From Callorhinchus milii (Eukaryota), in assembly GCF_018977255.1 (NCBI RefSeq), contig NW_024704805.1, positions 186,001 through 250,000 of the forward strand: a stretch of 64,000 nt of DNA, written 5' to 3'. Of this stretch, positions 12,261 through 26,950 are shown piece after piece (the stretch's first letter is position 1; each line of letters opens with the position of its first letter). The translations under genes were made by a program, and so were the position numbers. The notes beneath the pieces were generated by a model, which saw only the letters and a program-made list of their open reading frames with translations, had not been told where the DNA came from and did no database searches.

Positions 12261-13891
12261 ACCTCTTCTGTGATCCAGGCTGTATTTCGTCAGAATCACA
12301 CCGAATTTCAGGTCACGAACCTGCTAATTCTTCTGCAACTATTGTGGTCAGGGACAGACAGATGTAAGTGGTTTGTGTGTTCTGCACTTGAAAACAGTGA
12401 CAAACAACTGGGCGGTTACATGACCATTTGATATTTATTGAAGAATATTTGATTTTAACTCACCATTTACAATCTGTTTGTAAATTAGATAAACAGTCAA
12501 GAGCAGATATCACTCTTGTGACACATGCTGGGTGCTGCCATAACATCAATTCTCTTTTGTTTGCTCATGTACTTTTACCATCATTCCCAAAACTAATACT
12601 CGCCGTGGTTTACAGAATAAACATAGAACTTTCTGGTTCCAATACAAGTTTCATCTGAAACTGGATCTATTTTTAACCAACTGACCAATGACTCATTTTA
12701 GGAAATAAAATAACATGATTAATATAATTCAACAAAAATAACTAAACAAATATGTGCAGATATCTAATAATTTTTTCACAATCAATGTTTTAAAGTGACG
12801 AGAAAATAAAAAAAATTCGTAAGCGCAGTTGCAGTCTAGAATTGTAAGCATAAAAGTAAATTCAAAACAAACTAGAAAAGGATAAAAAAATACAACCATT
12901 TTCTTTGTAATATGATAACACTAGCGAAGGCGTCAGTTTACTGCAATTTTTTAAACATGCATTATATTCACCCTGAAATGCAAACAAATCATTCTGAAAA
13001 TCACAGAAGAATGTTTTACACAGAACACACATGGAAACTCGCTATCGCAGAATGATGTGACACGGGTTCATGTTATTTGCGTTGGTAAGTTGCTGGAACG
13101 TGTATATTCATTTTATCCACTGGTTTTCTATCTAATGGTAATCAGTAATTATTGGTGATGAAATTTCGGTTGAATGGCTCTGTAAAATAGACAATGAAAG
13201 ATATTATTTGAAGGAAATAAGTTTGTTCTCATCAATAACATAATATTGATCCATTTATAACATCCTAAAGTACAGCACGTTGGCAATGACAATCTCTGGG
13301 GCTGTTACTTGGGTTTCACTCACCGGCTGCTGTTTGAGAGACTGTTTCCAACTGTTTTAGTTAATGTTTCTGTCATTTGATACGACATTTATTAAGGAAG
13401 AAGGACGTTTTACGCTCAAGTAGCAGAAGGTGAAATCAGCTTTTGATTCATTAAAATAAAATAAAAGTTCTGCGAGTAAAGTAAAGGAGCAATAATCTCG
13501 GAGTCAAATAAAGGAAAAAGTTCCAACAGTTTAGAATAGTAAAGATAAATTAACGTTTTAGTCGCATCTAACCATGGATCACATCACAGTGAAGTTGCTG
13601 ACAAGAAGTTTTTAATCTTAGTTCATCATCAATTGGCGTGAATACATATGTGACGGCTGCACATGATCACTGCCATTCTGGCTAATATCAGCTTCAAGTC
13701 AGGATTGTGAATGATTAAAATCACTGACCGGTGTTGGTCAAGTTGTATAACCATTACAATCACCTGTAACTGTGACTACTAGTACACATGTCACCACGAC
13801 GATCATATCAATCATTGGCGGCTTTCTGTGATGTAAGTAATGCTGTAAATCATGAAGACCCAAACTCACCTGTTTGATGGGGATGTTGCGA

Positions 13892-14049
13892 TCAGACGGT
13901 GCAGAGCTCAGGATATTCCCTTTGATTCCCGACGGGAAGTTGTCTGTACTTCTCGGTGTTATTCTCACAGTCAATATCATCATAATCATAACCACACTGA
14001 CTGGTGTCAACAGGAAACAGCGGGTCACTGTCTGTGTGATGTCCACCCT
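13892..14049 (-). CDS. SRCR receptor last coding exon (cytoplasmic 4)
   Basis: ctgcag|[53 protein letters not shown] donor gtgagt follows 22 nt after the stop. Confidence 0.75.
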
Positions 14050-17000
14050 CTGCAGAGAGAGCCATCATTTATTAGTAATTACATTCAGAAAGGTGTCACT
14101 GTGTGTCTGTAATTGTGTTTCTGCGTATGCATTTGTGTGTCTGTATATACATGTGTCTAATTGTCTATGTGTGTTGTCTGTGTGTTTGCCTGTGTGTGCC
14201 TATCTGTCTGTGAGTGTCTGTGTGTTGTGTGTCACGGTGTGTGTCTGTTTGTGTGCGCCTGTGTCTGTCTATGATCGTGTATGTGCTGCGTTTGTGTCTG
14301 TGTGTAGATAGGTATGTTGTGTTTGTCTGTGAGTCTCTGCGTGTGTATCTGTGTGTTTGTGTGTGAGTGAAAAATACCGATTGCGGAGATAACCATCTTG
14401 GATTTCTGAATGTTTGTCTTACCTCCATCAGTAAGATCAGAATTTTTAAAAACTTGAAAGGATGGGCATTCAAGATGGAATTCCCCCTCACTTGTTAAAT
14501 TTTAACTGGACTATAAATTTTTAAACATGCGTTTCAATAATTGCTGATAGTGCTGGAAACTATTATTTCCTTCATTGCATCTTGGTTGTTATTAACAAGA
14601 CGTCGAAACAAGGAAATCTACGATAATCGATAAGTCACAGCACCATTTTATATGTGCAGTTATTGACACAACAGAGAGCACCATTCTGTATGTGCAATTA
14701 TTGGCGTTAGAAAGCGCCTCGGAGATGAATTCATCAAACCCTGAAATATCCATTTCAGATTGCACATCGACCACTAGTTATTCGGATTTAACATATCACA
14801 AGAAGGCCAAATATCTCCAGCTGCCCTATTACCAATCCCATGGTGCAAACACGTACCAACTCGCCTAAACAAACAGTCACGACACATTGAAGCCGATCCG
14901 AGACGTACTAACTTGAAAGGCACTGCACAATTGTCATCCTTGTTGTCCTTATGCCATTACATTTCTGCATGGAATGGAAGATTGATGATAATTGCGACTG
15001 TGATAATGATTTTCCCTCCCCGATGTGTTGCTGATTGAATATCTCCCGCAGTAATTTAAGATATGACAGTTAGGCTCTTACCCTGACAGAGGGAGGCTTC
15101 CTGGACAATGTGAATGGTCAGTGTCGGAACATCAGGGTGTGTGTCAGTGACCAGGAGGAGGCCCCGGTCCGGTATCTGGAAGTTTCCGCCCTCAGCGTCG
15201 TCGTAATCTTCCTGAAGATGATCTGTTAACAGGGAGTCAGTCTTACGCACTCAAACATTCAGATAGGAAAAGGAAGCAGATATCATAATATTGTACAGCA
15301 CAGAAGGAGGCCATTCAGTCCATCTATTGAAAGAGCGACCCAAATTACTCCAACTCTTCCGCGCTATCACCAGAGCCCTGCAAATTTGTCTTCCCCAAAT
15401 GTCTATCCATATCCACACAAATTTGGACACAGTGGTGCTCAATGTATCCTATGCCTGAACTACTGAAAAAATCCTGAATTTCTTTTTGGATACTTTATCT
15501 GATATTGAAGCTTGATTTACTGTGAAAACTGGATAAATTGAGAGCTCTTTGGCCTCTGGGACGGAAGGTTCTGATTGTAATCCACTCGGGGACTAAGAAC
15601 ACACTCTGGAAAACACTCCACGGCTGTGCAGTGCATTGAGCTCCGTTTGGATGTTCAGCTGGATTTCAAATATTGCAAATCTAAAAGGGAAAGAGTTCTT
15701 TTACTGGAGGGTTGCCCCACATTCCTCCTGATTACTGTACATATTTTGCGCACAAATTGCAGTTCATCAATAGATAACCAATCACTATAAATCACGGTAA
15801 ACCTATGTGAAGTCCTTTGCAATGTTTCGTCGATTTGATCAGAGGCTGTATCACATACAATAATTATTTCGCACACTCACCATCGCCATTCGGAAGAAAC
15901 ACCTCAGCGTTTCCTTGTTCTGCATCAGATCCATTCACACTCTCCCCAGTGTAGTACTCCAGTTTACTGATAGAATCGTTGGACCCTGAAACTGAGCAAA
16001 TAATGTCATTACTGTCCAGTTACGGAGTTTCTTAGAGTCTAATTCTATACCTATATCAATAAAGAAAGATGCCAAAACATTAAAAAAAAATCGAGAATCG
16101 TGGATCATTTTTCATGAATGAATATATGGTCAACCGCTCAACAATATCATGTTGGTCATAATTGGTTAAATATTATCAACATGATCTTTTGAACACTGCT
16201 TCTTTTCGGGCTACAAATTACACATTTGACAATATGGTATTATTTTACATATTCGCTGGACTACAGACCGACAATACGCATCGCTTATATTAAATTCGGC
16301 AGCATTCATTTTGGTGAGTTAATGAAGCCCAATATCTCATCGTTATTTTGTTTTATAATAAATTAACTGATTTAACTATGTTCAATTGGTAAATGCAGAA
16401 ATCATCGGTGATAATATTTGAAAATTGAAAGACCGAAGAAATTGAAGTATTGAGTAGGTTTAATCTATGTCAAGTGGGTAAATTGATATAAGGCAACAAA
16501 ATGTGGCTTTTTCAGTTTTCTGAATAAAAGCCTGAAATCCTATCCACAGCGCTTTTCAATCATTGCATTTATCGCCAATCGGGATACTGATGTTGATGCT
16601 TATTTGTACAATGATGCGGATACAAAAAACATGACTGTGAAGTATGTACCAGTGGAGTCAGCCTCAAAGTTTCTTCTTCTGATCGGCCGATCTTCAATTT
16701 CTTCATAAATTGCTTGATACAAACGAACAGACTGATATTTTTCCTCTGTTGGAAGTTGACATGTACAGAAATTAAAATATTAACCTGAAATTGCACAGTG
16801 GAGTTTGAAATTGATGTGTAAATATTTGGAACATGTTACGTTAGTATTATTATTTGAAAATATCAATATATCATCGTCACTATTGCCTCGTTATTCATCA
16901 GTGGACTTGTTTTTGTAAGTGTTTGTTTCAATTGGTAAATATGACCGTGCATTTGTCCTTAGGTACCTGCAAATATCTACTTAGCTCTGTGTGTTGGTGT

Positions 17001-20000
17001 GTTAATACAACGGTGTATTTGTGATACTTTCGTTATCTACGTTTTTGTGTCAGTTTAACTACTTTTTTTTTGTATCCATTACGAAAAATATGTTGCTGCG
17101 CTCAGTTTACCTTGAGGCCTAATTGTGTCTGGTGGTTTTTTTTCTGCATCTGTGTTTGTGCTTGAGCTACGAATTTGAACGTTTTTGACTTTAATTTTAG
17201 TTTGTGCAACTTTACAGATACGTGCAATGAAATCGAGATGGTAAAAATAGGTAAGAGTATTAAATTAACAAAAGAGACAGGTGCATCAACGGGATTTTAT
17301 CTGAATTGATAGAGAAACTCCAGGCAGTGCTGTGAGATCAGAGTCCAGTCTCACCTGTTCCTGAAGAATTACTGTCCATCTGTACAATCAGTGCAAACAG
17401 TACCACTGCTAACAGGATTCCCAGGACGATGCAGACCACGAAAGGTACGTTGATGAACTGGACTTTGCAAGTCAAGGACATAACATTTGTTATTTGTTAT
17501 TTTCAACAACATGTGGTCGTCACACTTTCGAAACTATAAAGAAAAATGCTTCACACTAAACTGAACGTTATCTGAAGCAAATTATTGCACAGTGATATGA
17601 TATGTTCCAGAGTGTATTCAGAATAATGCCCAAACTATCTGAAAAATTGTCCTGATGCAGCTCTTTTCCTCAAGTTAAACGTCTGTTAATTTCTAAAATG
17701 TAGTTAAACAGTCTGTTCATTTCTCAAGTGTTGAATTCTGAAAGGTTAGTTGACAAATATACTGGTTTAGATATATTAATTTTATTACGAATGAATGGCA
17801 ATACCTGGTGGTAATATCTAGGAAAGCTAAGCAATGCATTAGCAAAAAGTCAAATCATTATGTTATTTACCGAAGGATGCGGTTGGGATTGGCGGTCTTG
17901 GAGATTTACCTGCAACACATCGCAAACACCATAAATCGAGTAACCATTCAATTTCTGGCTTCAAATGAAGTCAGAATTAATCTGCTTTTGTTGAGAAAAA
18001 TGTAAAAAACCTCAAGTTTGTCGATGAACATTGAGAGATCGGATCCCTACCGGAGCAAACCACACCGGCGTCTTCTTTGTGAACGCAGTCGCTGTGTCCC
18101 GCGGATGAAGAGACACAATCCCACAGAAAGGATTCGCTTCCTCTGCAGTGAAGCTCGTCCAGCCATATCTGACCAGCGCCTTGTCCGAACCCCGCCTGTC
18201 CCACAGCCCGCACGGCCGGGCCGCAGTCCAGCTGTCCGCACACCACACTGGCCTCTCGGATATCCCAGGAGTCGTCACACACCGTCCCCCACGTGTTATT
18301 GCTCAGTATCTCAACTCTCCCCGAGCAAATGCTGCTTCCTCCAACCAACCGCAACTCCTGTCCTGATCACACAATATTCATAACACCACTGTCAATTACT
18401 CACACACTAAAATACGCATTGATCCACATTACTATCAACTGTATAAATACAGTTTATAGTAATAACTATTATTTATGGTGTTATTTATGGCATCAGATTA
18501 AGTATTCCATATCAATAAGCCTTCACAAACGATAGTAATAATAATAATTTGACGACTGTTTTGGGGACATTGCTGCGCGAATTTCGCTGAAAACAAATGT
18601 ATATGTATATATATATATTCCTCATTTCAATCCATGACTGTTTGTGAGATATTGAAGTGTACTATTCACTGCCGCTTTTCGCTCTCAAATATACAGTCAT
18701 TTACTTTCCAGTATATTCTGTGAAGCGCTTTTCCTTGTCTAGAAGACGTGAAAAGTGCAAGGATTATTATTATTATTATTATTATGAAGTCGATGCACCT
18801 TAATTTAGGTACTGTGAAGCGCATTTCTAAATACTCCTGATCTGAATGTTTTGATGTCATATACAGGTTCTACCTGTATTGATTTATTTTTCATTCAGTA
18901 CCTGATAAATAATGCTGATCAGGTGAGCTTCCAGGGCACTGTTTCGCACCATCCGTTTTTTTCGGAGATTTCTCTGCATGAAATATATCTTTAGAGTTAA
19001 ATTGTTTCAAATATAAACACATTAAATATTAACTCCGAAATGTGCATTTAGGAGCATGCTGTTACCTGAACAAATTACACCCACATCTTCCCGATGATCA
19101 CAGTTATGTTCACCCCAAGGTGGCGAGGAACACTGCCACAGAAAGGATTCATTTGAGTTACACGCTATGTCATCCAACCAAATAGGTCCAGATCCTTCTC
19201 AAAATTTACCACGATAATCAACATCCAGAGCTCGGCCACAATCTAACTGTTTGCAGATCACCTCAGCAGCCTCGAGTCCCATCAATTCAATTCCCATGAA
19301 GTCCGAGCAGACTGTGCCCTAGGTCTCATTGTAAAACACTTCCACTCTCCCCTCACAGGAGTGTTGTCCATTCACCAGCCGCAGCATCTTGTGCTCTGTG
19401 GACCAATGTTGACTTTTATCGTTAATATTTTAGAGACAAGTGACCTGAGGTGATCCTCACTTTTTCAGACTCCGCCACTGTAAAGCATTCCAGGACGATA
19501 TCACATGTGATGACGCGATATAGTGGTAAATATTTGTTGTGGCTCTACACATTTTATTTCGTGTGGAGCAGCGTTTTTTGCATAAAATGTATCATTTATG
19601 CTGGAACAAGTTAGTATAATTTGTCACATTATAATAGTCCTTTACAATATTATCAATTGATAATAATCCTTATATCTGAGAACAAAAAGCGATGGAGTTG
19701 ATACCTCTCAACCGCACCATAGCCAATACACTTTTTGCAGGGATTTTTTNCTGTGGTGAGGGAATATGTAGTCATATTCTGCAATGCAATCTCCCAGAAT
19801 CAAATCGCCATGTATGTTCTGGAGGATTATTGGCCAATATATAAGGATGATTTCTATTATGACCTGAACAAGTAGTGACAGCATCGAGAGGATTTCCTCC
19901 TGTATGAAATTGTTAGCCTTTACCTTGATTACCCTATGTGGGCGTGAACCCCACTAACATCTGACTCATCGGTTAGAGCGCTGATAACAGAATCAGACAG

Positions 20001-23000
20001 ATATGCTATCAGTAGAGTGTGATGGTGAAACACAAAGTGTTGTCATCTCTTACCTGAACACACAATGCTCACATCTTCTTTATGACCACAGTCATGCTGC
20101 CCCCATGGAGACGAGGCACATTCCCAGAGAGCTGATTCCTTTCCTGAGCATCTCACCTCATCCAACCAAACTTGACCTGAGGCGCTCCCACAAGGGGCAG
20201 CAAATATTGCATCAACTGCAGATCCACATCCGAGCTGTTTACACACAACATCCGCCTCAAGTGATCCCCAGGAGTCATCGCACACCGTCCCCCAGGTTGC
20301 ATTGTAGTAAATCTCCACTCTCCCAGCACACGAACTCCCACCGTCCATCAGTCTAATGTGAGTATCCTCTGTTGAACATGAACAAAATTTACTTCAATGG
20401 AAAGCATGCATGATTCTGATCTGAACAACTTCTGTTGGTTATGATCAAAGTTTATTTCAAGATGTAACATGCAGCATTTTACAGAGCATAATTTAATGAT
20501 CAAATGAGTGAAGGAAAGATGAGCTGAGTAGCTGATAACGCAGCAAATTATCAGTCAACTGCAAAATCTTCTTCATTCAAGTACAACGTGGCTCTACCAT
20601 CGCACATTGCACACAAACAACCTCAGAATAGAAAATATTCAAATGCGAATTACAGTTAAATAACTGCAATAGTAACCCCTTGTGTTTGATATAACAGCTT
20701 AACACATGTTCCAAACGTCTCAAAAGGCTTTAAGGTATATAATGTAATGAGGTTTGCATGCATTTTCTGTGAACGAAAGGCGGCAACAAATTGCACACAA
20801 CGGTGCTCCACAGAGAGTCGCGTATTGAGCGATCAATTGATTATTATATTGCTTACTTATTTTATTCAAATCTAGCGGTGACATTTAAAATATTGATAAT
20901 CATTCACTCACTTGAACACTGAACTCCAACATCACTCATGTTCTCAGTTGATTGGTTTCGCCTGGACGGTTTGCACTTCAAAAGATTTGTCTCATTTCCT
21001 TGACACTGAACATCCTTCAGCCATGGGGACCATTCACCTTCTCTGTACACTGGGGAGCTATAGGCTCTTATGGCAGGACCACAGCCCAGCTGTCTGCAAA
21101 CCATATTCGCATCATTTAAATCCCAGAACTGATCCCGCACTCTCCTGCAGTCTCCAAGGCGGTAAACCTCCACTGTTCCAGAGCAGGAACTGCCATCATC
21201 CACCAGCCTGAGCTGCTTGTGATCTGTTTCAAAGTTAAGGAAAACTACACGTTTCCAATTGGGAAAACTGATCGTTTGCGTTTTAGTATTCTCAGCAGCT
21301 TGAAATGAAAAGTTATTCAATCTGTTGAGTGTAAGTGAAATTTCATTATTTATTGCCGGCCATTTTCTTGGCACAGCACATTAACCACAACACATGTGGA
21401 ATCATTCAATGATATGCGGCGTTTCTACATCATTGGATGAACAGAAACTCCCAAAAGGAAGGAATGTTGTAAGATATTTCACAAAGCGATGTTGAAATTT
21501 ACATGGATTTTTATTATTTATCACTAAAGTGCACTCACCCGAACAAAGAACTCCCACATCCCGGCTGGTCCTGGAGGATGAAGCCACTGTGGAATATGGG
21601 CAGTTCCAGATGTGTGTCTCGGTTCCCGCACACTGAACATTATTGATCCACACAGGTCCAGTGCCTTCCCCGTACTGGGAAGAGTTGTAGACTGAAATAG
21701 CAGAGCCAAAGTTCAGCTGTCGGCAGATGACATCGGCATTTGATATATTCCAGGAATCGTCCAGCAATCTGCCCCAGGTGCCGTCATGATAAATCTCCAC
21801 TCGCCCATCACAGCGGCTCCCACCGTTCTCTAACCGTAAATGCCACTGTTTACCTGCAACGATTTCAATCAATACATTCCCAATCAAAACGTGTGAGAGC
21901 TGAGATGAAGATAAACATAGCTTTATCGAATTACAAACTGACAGTTCCAAAGTTACAATGTACCTGATAGTGTCCTACAAAGCTCTATGATAATGCAGAA
22001 AATATAACTATTCGTAGACTGCCATATTACCAATGACTAAATTTACACATATGTATAGCCCACCAGCCCAGTAACCCAGTGTAATGCACAAAATAGAGTA
22101 TGACGACAAGAACCGTTAACTATACGGATTATTGGAAACACTGATTGCAATTGTAGAAGTAAAGCATTATCGACACAGCCTGAAAACCGGAGGGTGTTCC
22201 TCATCAGCACAGCGCTACAATATGGGAGTGAGAGGTAACCGCTGTGGCTCAGGAATGTACGATACTCCGCTCTCTTTGCGAATAATACAATCAATGTATT
22301 TTTACAGTTTCAAGCTTTACTGGTTTATTTTGAAAATCCAAGAAAGACAGGAATTGGTTTTTTTTTGCTGAGTTTTAGCGTTTCAGATTGTTCTCATCTC
22401 TGATAACTAATGAAAACTCATCACAAATGTTACTGTTATATTATATCAAATTCTCCGAAGCAGACAGCGTGTTATTTTCGAAAAAAAGTTGGCTTCGGTT
22501 AGAAAGAGTATGTCTCAGCTGTTTTGTGGTTATTGGTTATTTTGCTTACAAAATATACAATCACTACACTTTGCATCATATTCTTTGAAGCGCTTTGAGT
22601 CGCCTCAATGACGTGGTAAGGCATTATCATTGCAATGCAATGCAAGGATTATTATTATTCCATTCACCCGAACAAACAACACTAACGTCATGGTCATGTG
22701 TGCAGCTGAACATCTCCCAGAATGACACAGGACAGTCCCACACTAGGGACTCGTTACCAAGACAGTTGAAGTTAGTTTTCCAGATAAGACCTGTTTCTTT
22801 CCTAAACTGTGCTCCAGAGCCAGTTGACAAAGCGAATCCACAATCCAATTGCCCACAGAGCACATCGGCGTCCCGTAAATGCCAATAATAATCGCAGATG
22901 GTTCCTGATTTGTCACCACGCTGCAACTGAACTCTGCCAGAGCAGCTGTTATTTCCACCGATTAGTTTCATTGAATGATGTTCTGTCGTGGAGCAATCAA

Positions 23001-26000
23001 AATAATATGAATCATTAATAATAAAAACAAACTCGATTGGCAATTTGTGAAGGACAGAAACATTACTTTCGGACAGCAAACAGTTGATAACTATACCAAT
23101 GAACAGAAAATTACAGTCAGGAATCTACGTGCAGGTTCATGCCAGCTGACTCAGGCTGTGTTGCTTAATACGAATGTATCTCCAAGTGTTTTATGAAGCT
23201 TCAATACAATACAATATACGGTAATGTCAGACCTGAAACGATAGAATGACGACCCAGCATATGTAACAGTAACTGCTGTGTGTTGCGGGTCTGAGAGGGT
23301 AAGGACTGGAAAGACAGCACTTGCTGTGTAAAGGGGAGTCTGAGAGGATGAGGAGTGATAGAATCTGCTGTGTAAAGGATGAGTGGATGAGTAGGGGAAT
23401 GGCAGAATTTGCTGTGTAAAGGGGAGTCTTAGAGAGTGAGTAGTGACAGTACCCGCTGTATGAAGGATGGGAGAATGAGAAGGGCAATGACAATATTTGG
23501 TTGCATGAGATTGTAAGTAGCGACAGAAAGAGGTGGTCAATTATGCTGATATACGGGTTGCTTTCTTCATACAATCATATGGGCTTCTCCTATCGCCCAT
23601 CCCGATTTTCACCCGTGGCTTTTCATATAAAAAGTTATCTAAGAATCGAATATTAGAACACTCTCGATTTTTTAGTACAGTACATGTGTTGATACAAAGT
23701 AGGTTGACACTTTAGTGAAGGCTGTACCTGAACACATTATGCCACCGTCTTCCTCGTGTCCGCAGTCAGGCCGACCAATAACAGTACCAGATCCTTCTCC
23801 AAAGTGAGCTTCACCGTATACTGAGAGAGCAAATCCACATCCCAAAAGTTTACAAATCTCCCCTGCCGTCACCTTACTAAGGGACTTCCCACAAACTGTC
23901 CCCCAAGCGTCCTTGTTGTACAGCTCTACTCTGCCCTCACAACGGCTGCTTCCATTCACCAGTCTGGGGGTATAATCGCCTGCCAATTATACAACATTAA
24001 ACATCCTCAGTTCAAGGTTATATAGAACAAAAATAAAGCAACTAAAACTTGCATATATATCGAGCCCCTCACGAAGCATTTAGCCCGAAAGCATTGATCA
24101 AACGCACATCATCGTAAACTGTGTGCGTGTGTCATTGAAATGTTATTGTTAACAGCAGATATGCATGGAATGCCAGATGCTGGAAAAGTGACTCAGGTGG
24201 TGTATGAACTCAGAAAGAATTATATAGAATTATATATCTGATTAAAACGTTAGCAATAGATCTGTTTTGTAATAGTGGCGGGAAAACACGTCGTGCGGAA
24301 GGAGATGATCTGTAGATGGTGGGCCTTCAGATAGGAAGTTTTGTTAAGAAAGAACTGGAGCCATCAAGTCTGTGTACGAGGAAGTGCAATAAGTTTTCAG
24401 CTTCTATGGGAAGAGCTGGTTGAGACAATACGTACGATCGGGGACAGGAGACTCAATTTGCATGTTATGGTTAAAGAGGTGGATGTGTGGATCCAGAGAT
24501 GAAAAGATGTTTGTAGGAAACAAAAATGAAGGTATCGAATTTGCAACACTGAAATGAGGAAATAGCTCAAATAGACTGGTCATCTTGGCATTCGCTGGTG
24601 GAAGCCGAGTTATTGGGGTGATGGAGACTTAAATTTCAAGGATGATTCCTGATAAATTTGCTTTCTCTTCGGAGCTACGTCTAAAAGCTCTTAGGATTCG
24701 TTATAAAATTCAATGATTCTGATTTTCTTTGGGGAGAAACTAGAATTCTTGGCCACAATTGTATTTTGGACGGATAAAGGGTGACAAAATATGTCACACG
24801 AAAGGTATGGGGATAAGTAGCGCACAGCGCACAGGGGAGCACAGCAATTGGTCTTAAGGGCAGGAAGAAAAGCCGTTTGATTTGAGATGTTAAACACTTG
24901 TATATAATTGATTCATATTCCAGTCTCAAACTTAAGATGTATTTTATTTGCAAATGAAATTTCTGATCATAATCATCCTCATTGTTGACATTGCGCCATT
25001 TATGACACGAAGATTTCTCAAAGCATTTCACAAGATCTGCTGTAAAGTTCAATTACTAGGTGTTGTCTGAGGCAGTTAGCGCAGGAATGCGAAAATTTGC
25101 TTCATCAAACACAAAACAGCTTATAATTTTGTGACACATCAAGTAACGGGGGTTGGAGGGGTGGGGCTGCTGGAGTGGGTAGGGGGGAGTGTGAAGGATA
25201 CCTTAGACACGTTAGTCAAAATAGGATCGAAGCGTTTCAGCGATGTCCTGTTTCAAACACTAATCATTAGCACAAGGACACCGCCCAAACTAAGGATCAA
25301 ATAAAAATAAACAGCCACAGAAAAGAGAAGAAATTAATGCCGGGGCAAAACAGCAGGGTTTTTGAACTTACACTTAGAGAAAGAAGAAAGAAGAAGAAAG
25401 GAGAAAGAATACAGAGAGCTGGCGAAAGAGTGCATAAAACCACTAATCAAGACTTAGAGTTATTCGAGCCTCTGAGGAGAGAAAGATAACGGAACTCTCC
25501 GGAGAGGAAAATGAGCATCTTTTGGGGAAAACAGGCAAGTCAAAATCTCGCCCGAGTGAACCACAAAGAGAGGTTTGCAGCTCCAAACAAGCCGGAGACA
25601 TTTGCAGAGTTTTTTTNATCAAATAAGGTTTAAATTTGTGCCAAAATTAGAACTCCGTCACGACTGACTCAAACTCGCACCAAACATACGCATAATAATA
25701 ATATAATAATTATAATAACAATAATAATAATCCTTGCATTTGATATAGCGCTTTTCACGTCGGGAGGACGTCCCAAAGCGCTTCACAGAATATACCGTAA
25801 AGTGAATTGACTGTATGTTTGTGGGCGAAACGCGGCAGCCAATTGCGCACAGCAATGTCCCACAAACAGTCATGGATTGAAAATGACCAATTTATTATTG
25901 TTTTTGGATTTTGAGGGTTGTTATTAGGCTCTGTGTGGAGTAAGGAAACTTGTCCAAGGTATCGCACTCTGCCTGGAATTGAACTCAGGTCTCTCGCTTG

Positions 26001-26916
26001 CAAAGCGAGTGCTCTAACCACTGAGCTACAGTTAGAGCACGACGGTTACAGAATATTTTGGCACATTTCAAATATATCATATAACTTTTGTTCATATGTT
26101 TATAATTTTAGAATTGAGTGCATCTTGTTGAGATGGTAATTAAGTAGTCACTTTAGACCGACGGCTAATGGTAATGAGTCGGGTGTAATATGATGCTTAT
26201 GCTTTCACAATTGCTGATAAAACATTTTAATAGTATCCTTAGTGTGGTTTCTGACTAACAATTGAACCCAATTTCATGGCNNNNNNNNNNNNNNNNNNNN
26301 NNNNNNNNNNNNNNNNNNNNNNNNNNNNNNNNNNNNNNNNNNNNNNNNNNNNNNNNNNNNNNNNNNNNNNNNNNNNNNNNNNNNNNNNNNNNNNNNNNNN
26401 NNNNNNNNNNNNNNNNNNNNNNNNNNNNNNNNNACACTGACCTGCACAAACCACGCCTGCATCCTCGCTGTGGTAACAGCTGTGTTGGCCCCAGCCTGGA
26501 GACCTGCATCGCCACAGTTGGGATTCGGTGCCGACACACGCCACTTCAGAGAGCCAGATCTGGCCTTGTCCTGGTCCAAATTTTGCGTTGGTCTCCGCCC
26601 TGATCGCCCGTCCACAGCCCAGCGCCGAGCAAACAACACGAGCGTCAGCCAAATCCCAACCATCATCACACACTGTGCCCCACTGCCCCTGAAACAACAC
26701 TTCAACTCGGCCCGAACAGGGGTGAGGACCATTCACGAGCCGTAACTTCATCTGCTCTGTGAGAGAGAGAGAGAGAGAGTGAGTAAGTGAGTGAGTGAGT
26801 GAGTGATAGAGAAAGAGAGAGGGTGTGATAGAGAGAGAGAGAGTGAGTCAGTGAGTGAGTAAGTGATAGTGAAAGAGAGACAGATAGAGAGAGAGCATGT
26901 GTGTTTGTATGTGTGT

Positions 26917-26950
<34 letters not shown>

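Noticed and set aside
14592-14930. Possible extra cytoplasmic exons of the SRCR gene
   Set aside because: Splice signals are weak and no Tyr motifs are present. The model is in frame without them.
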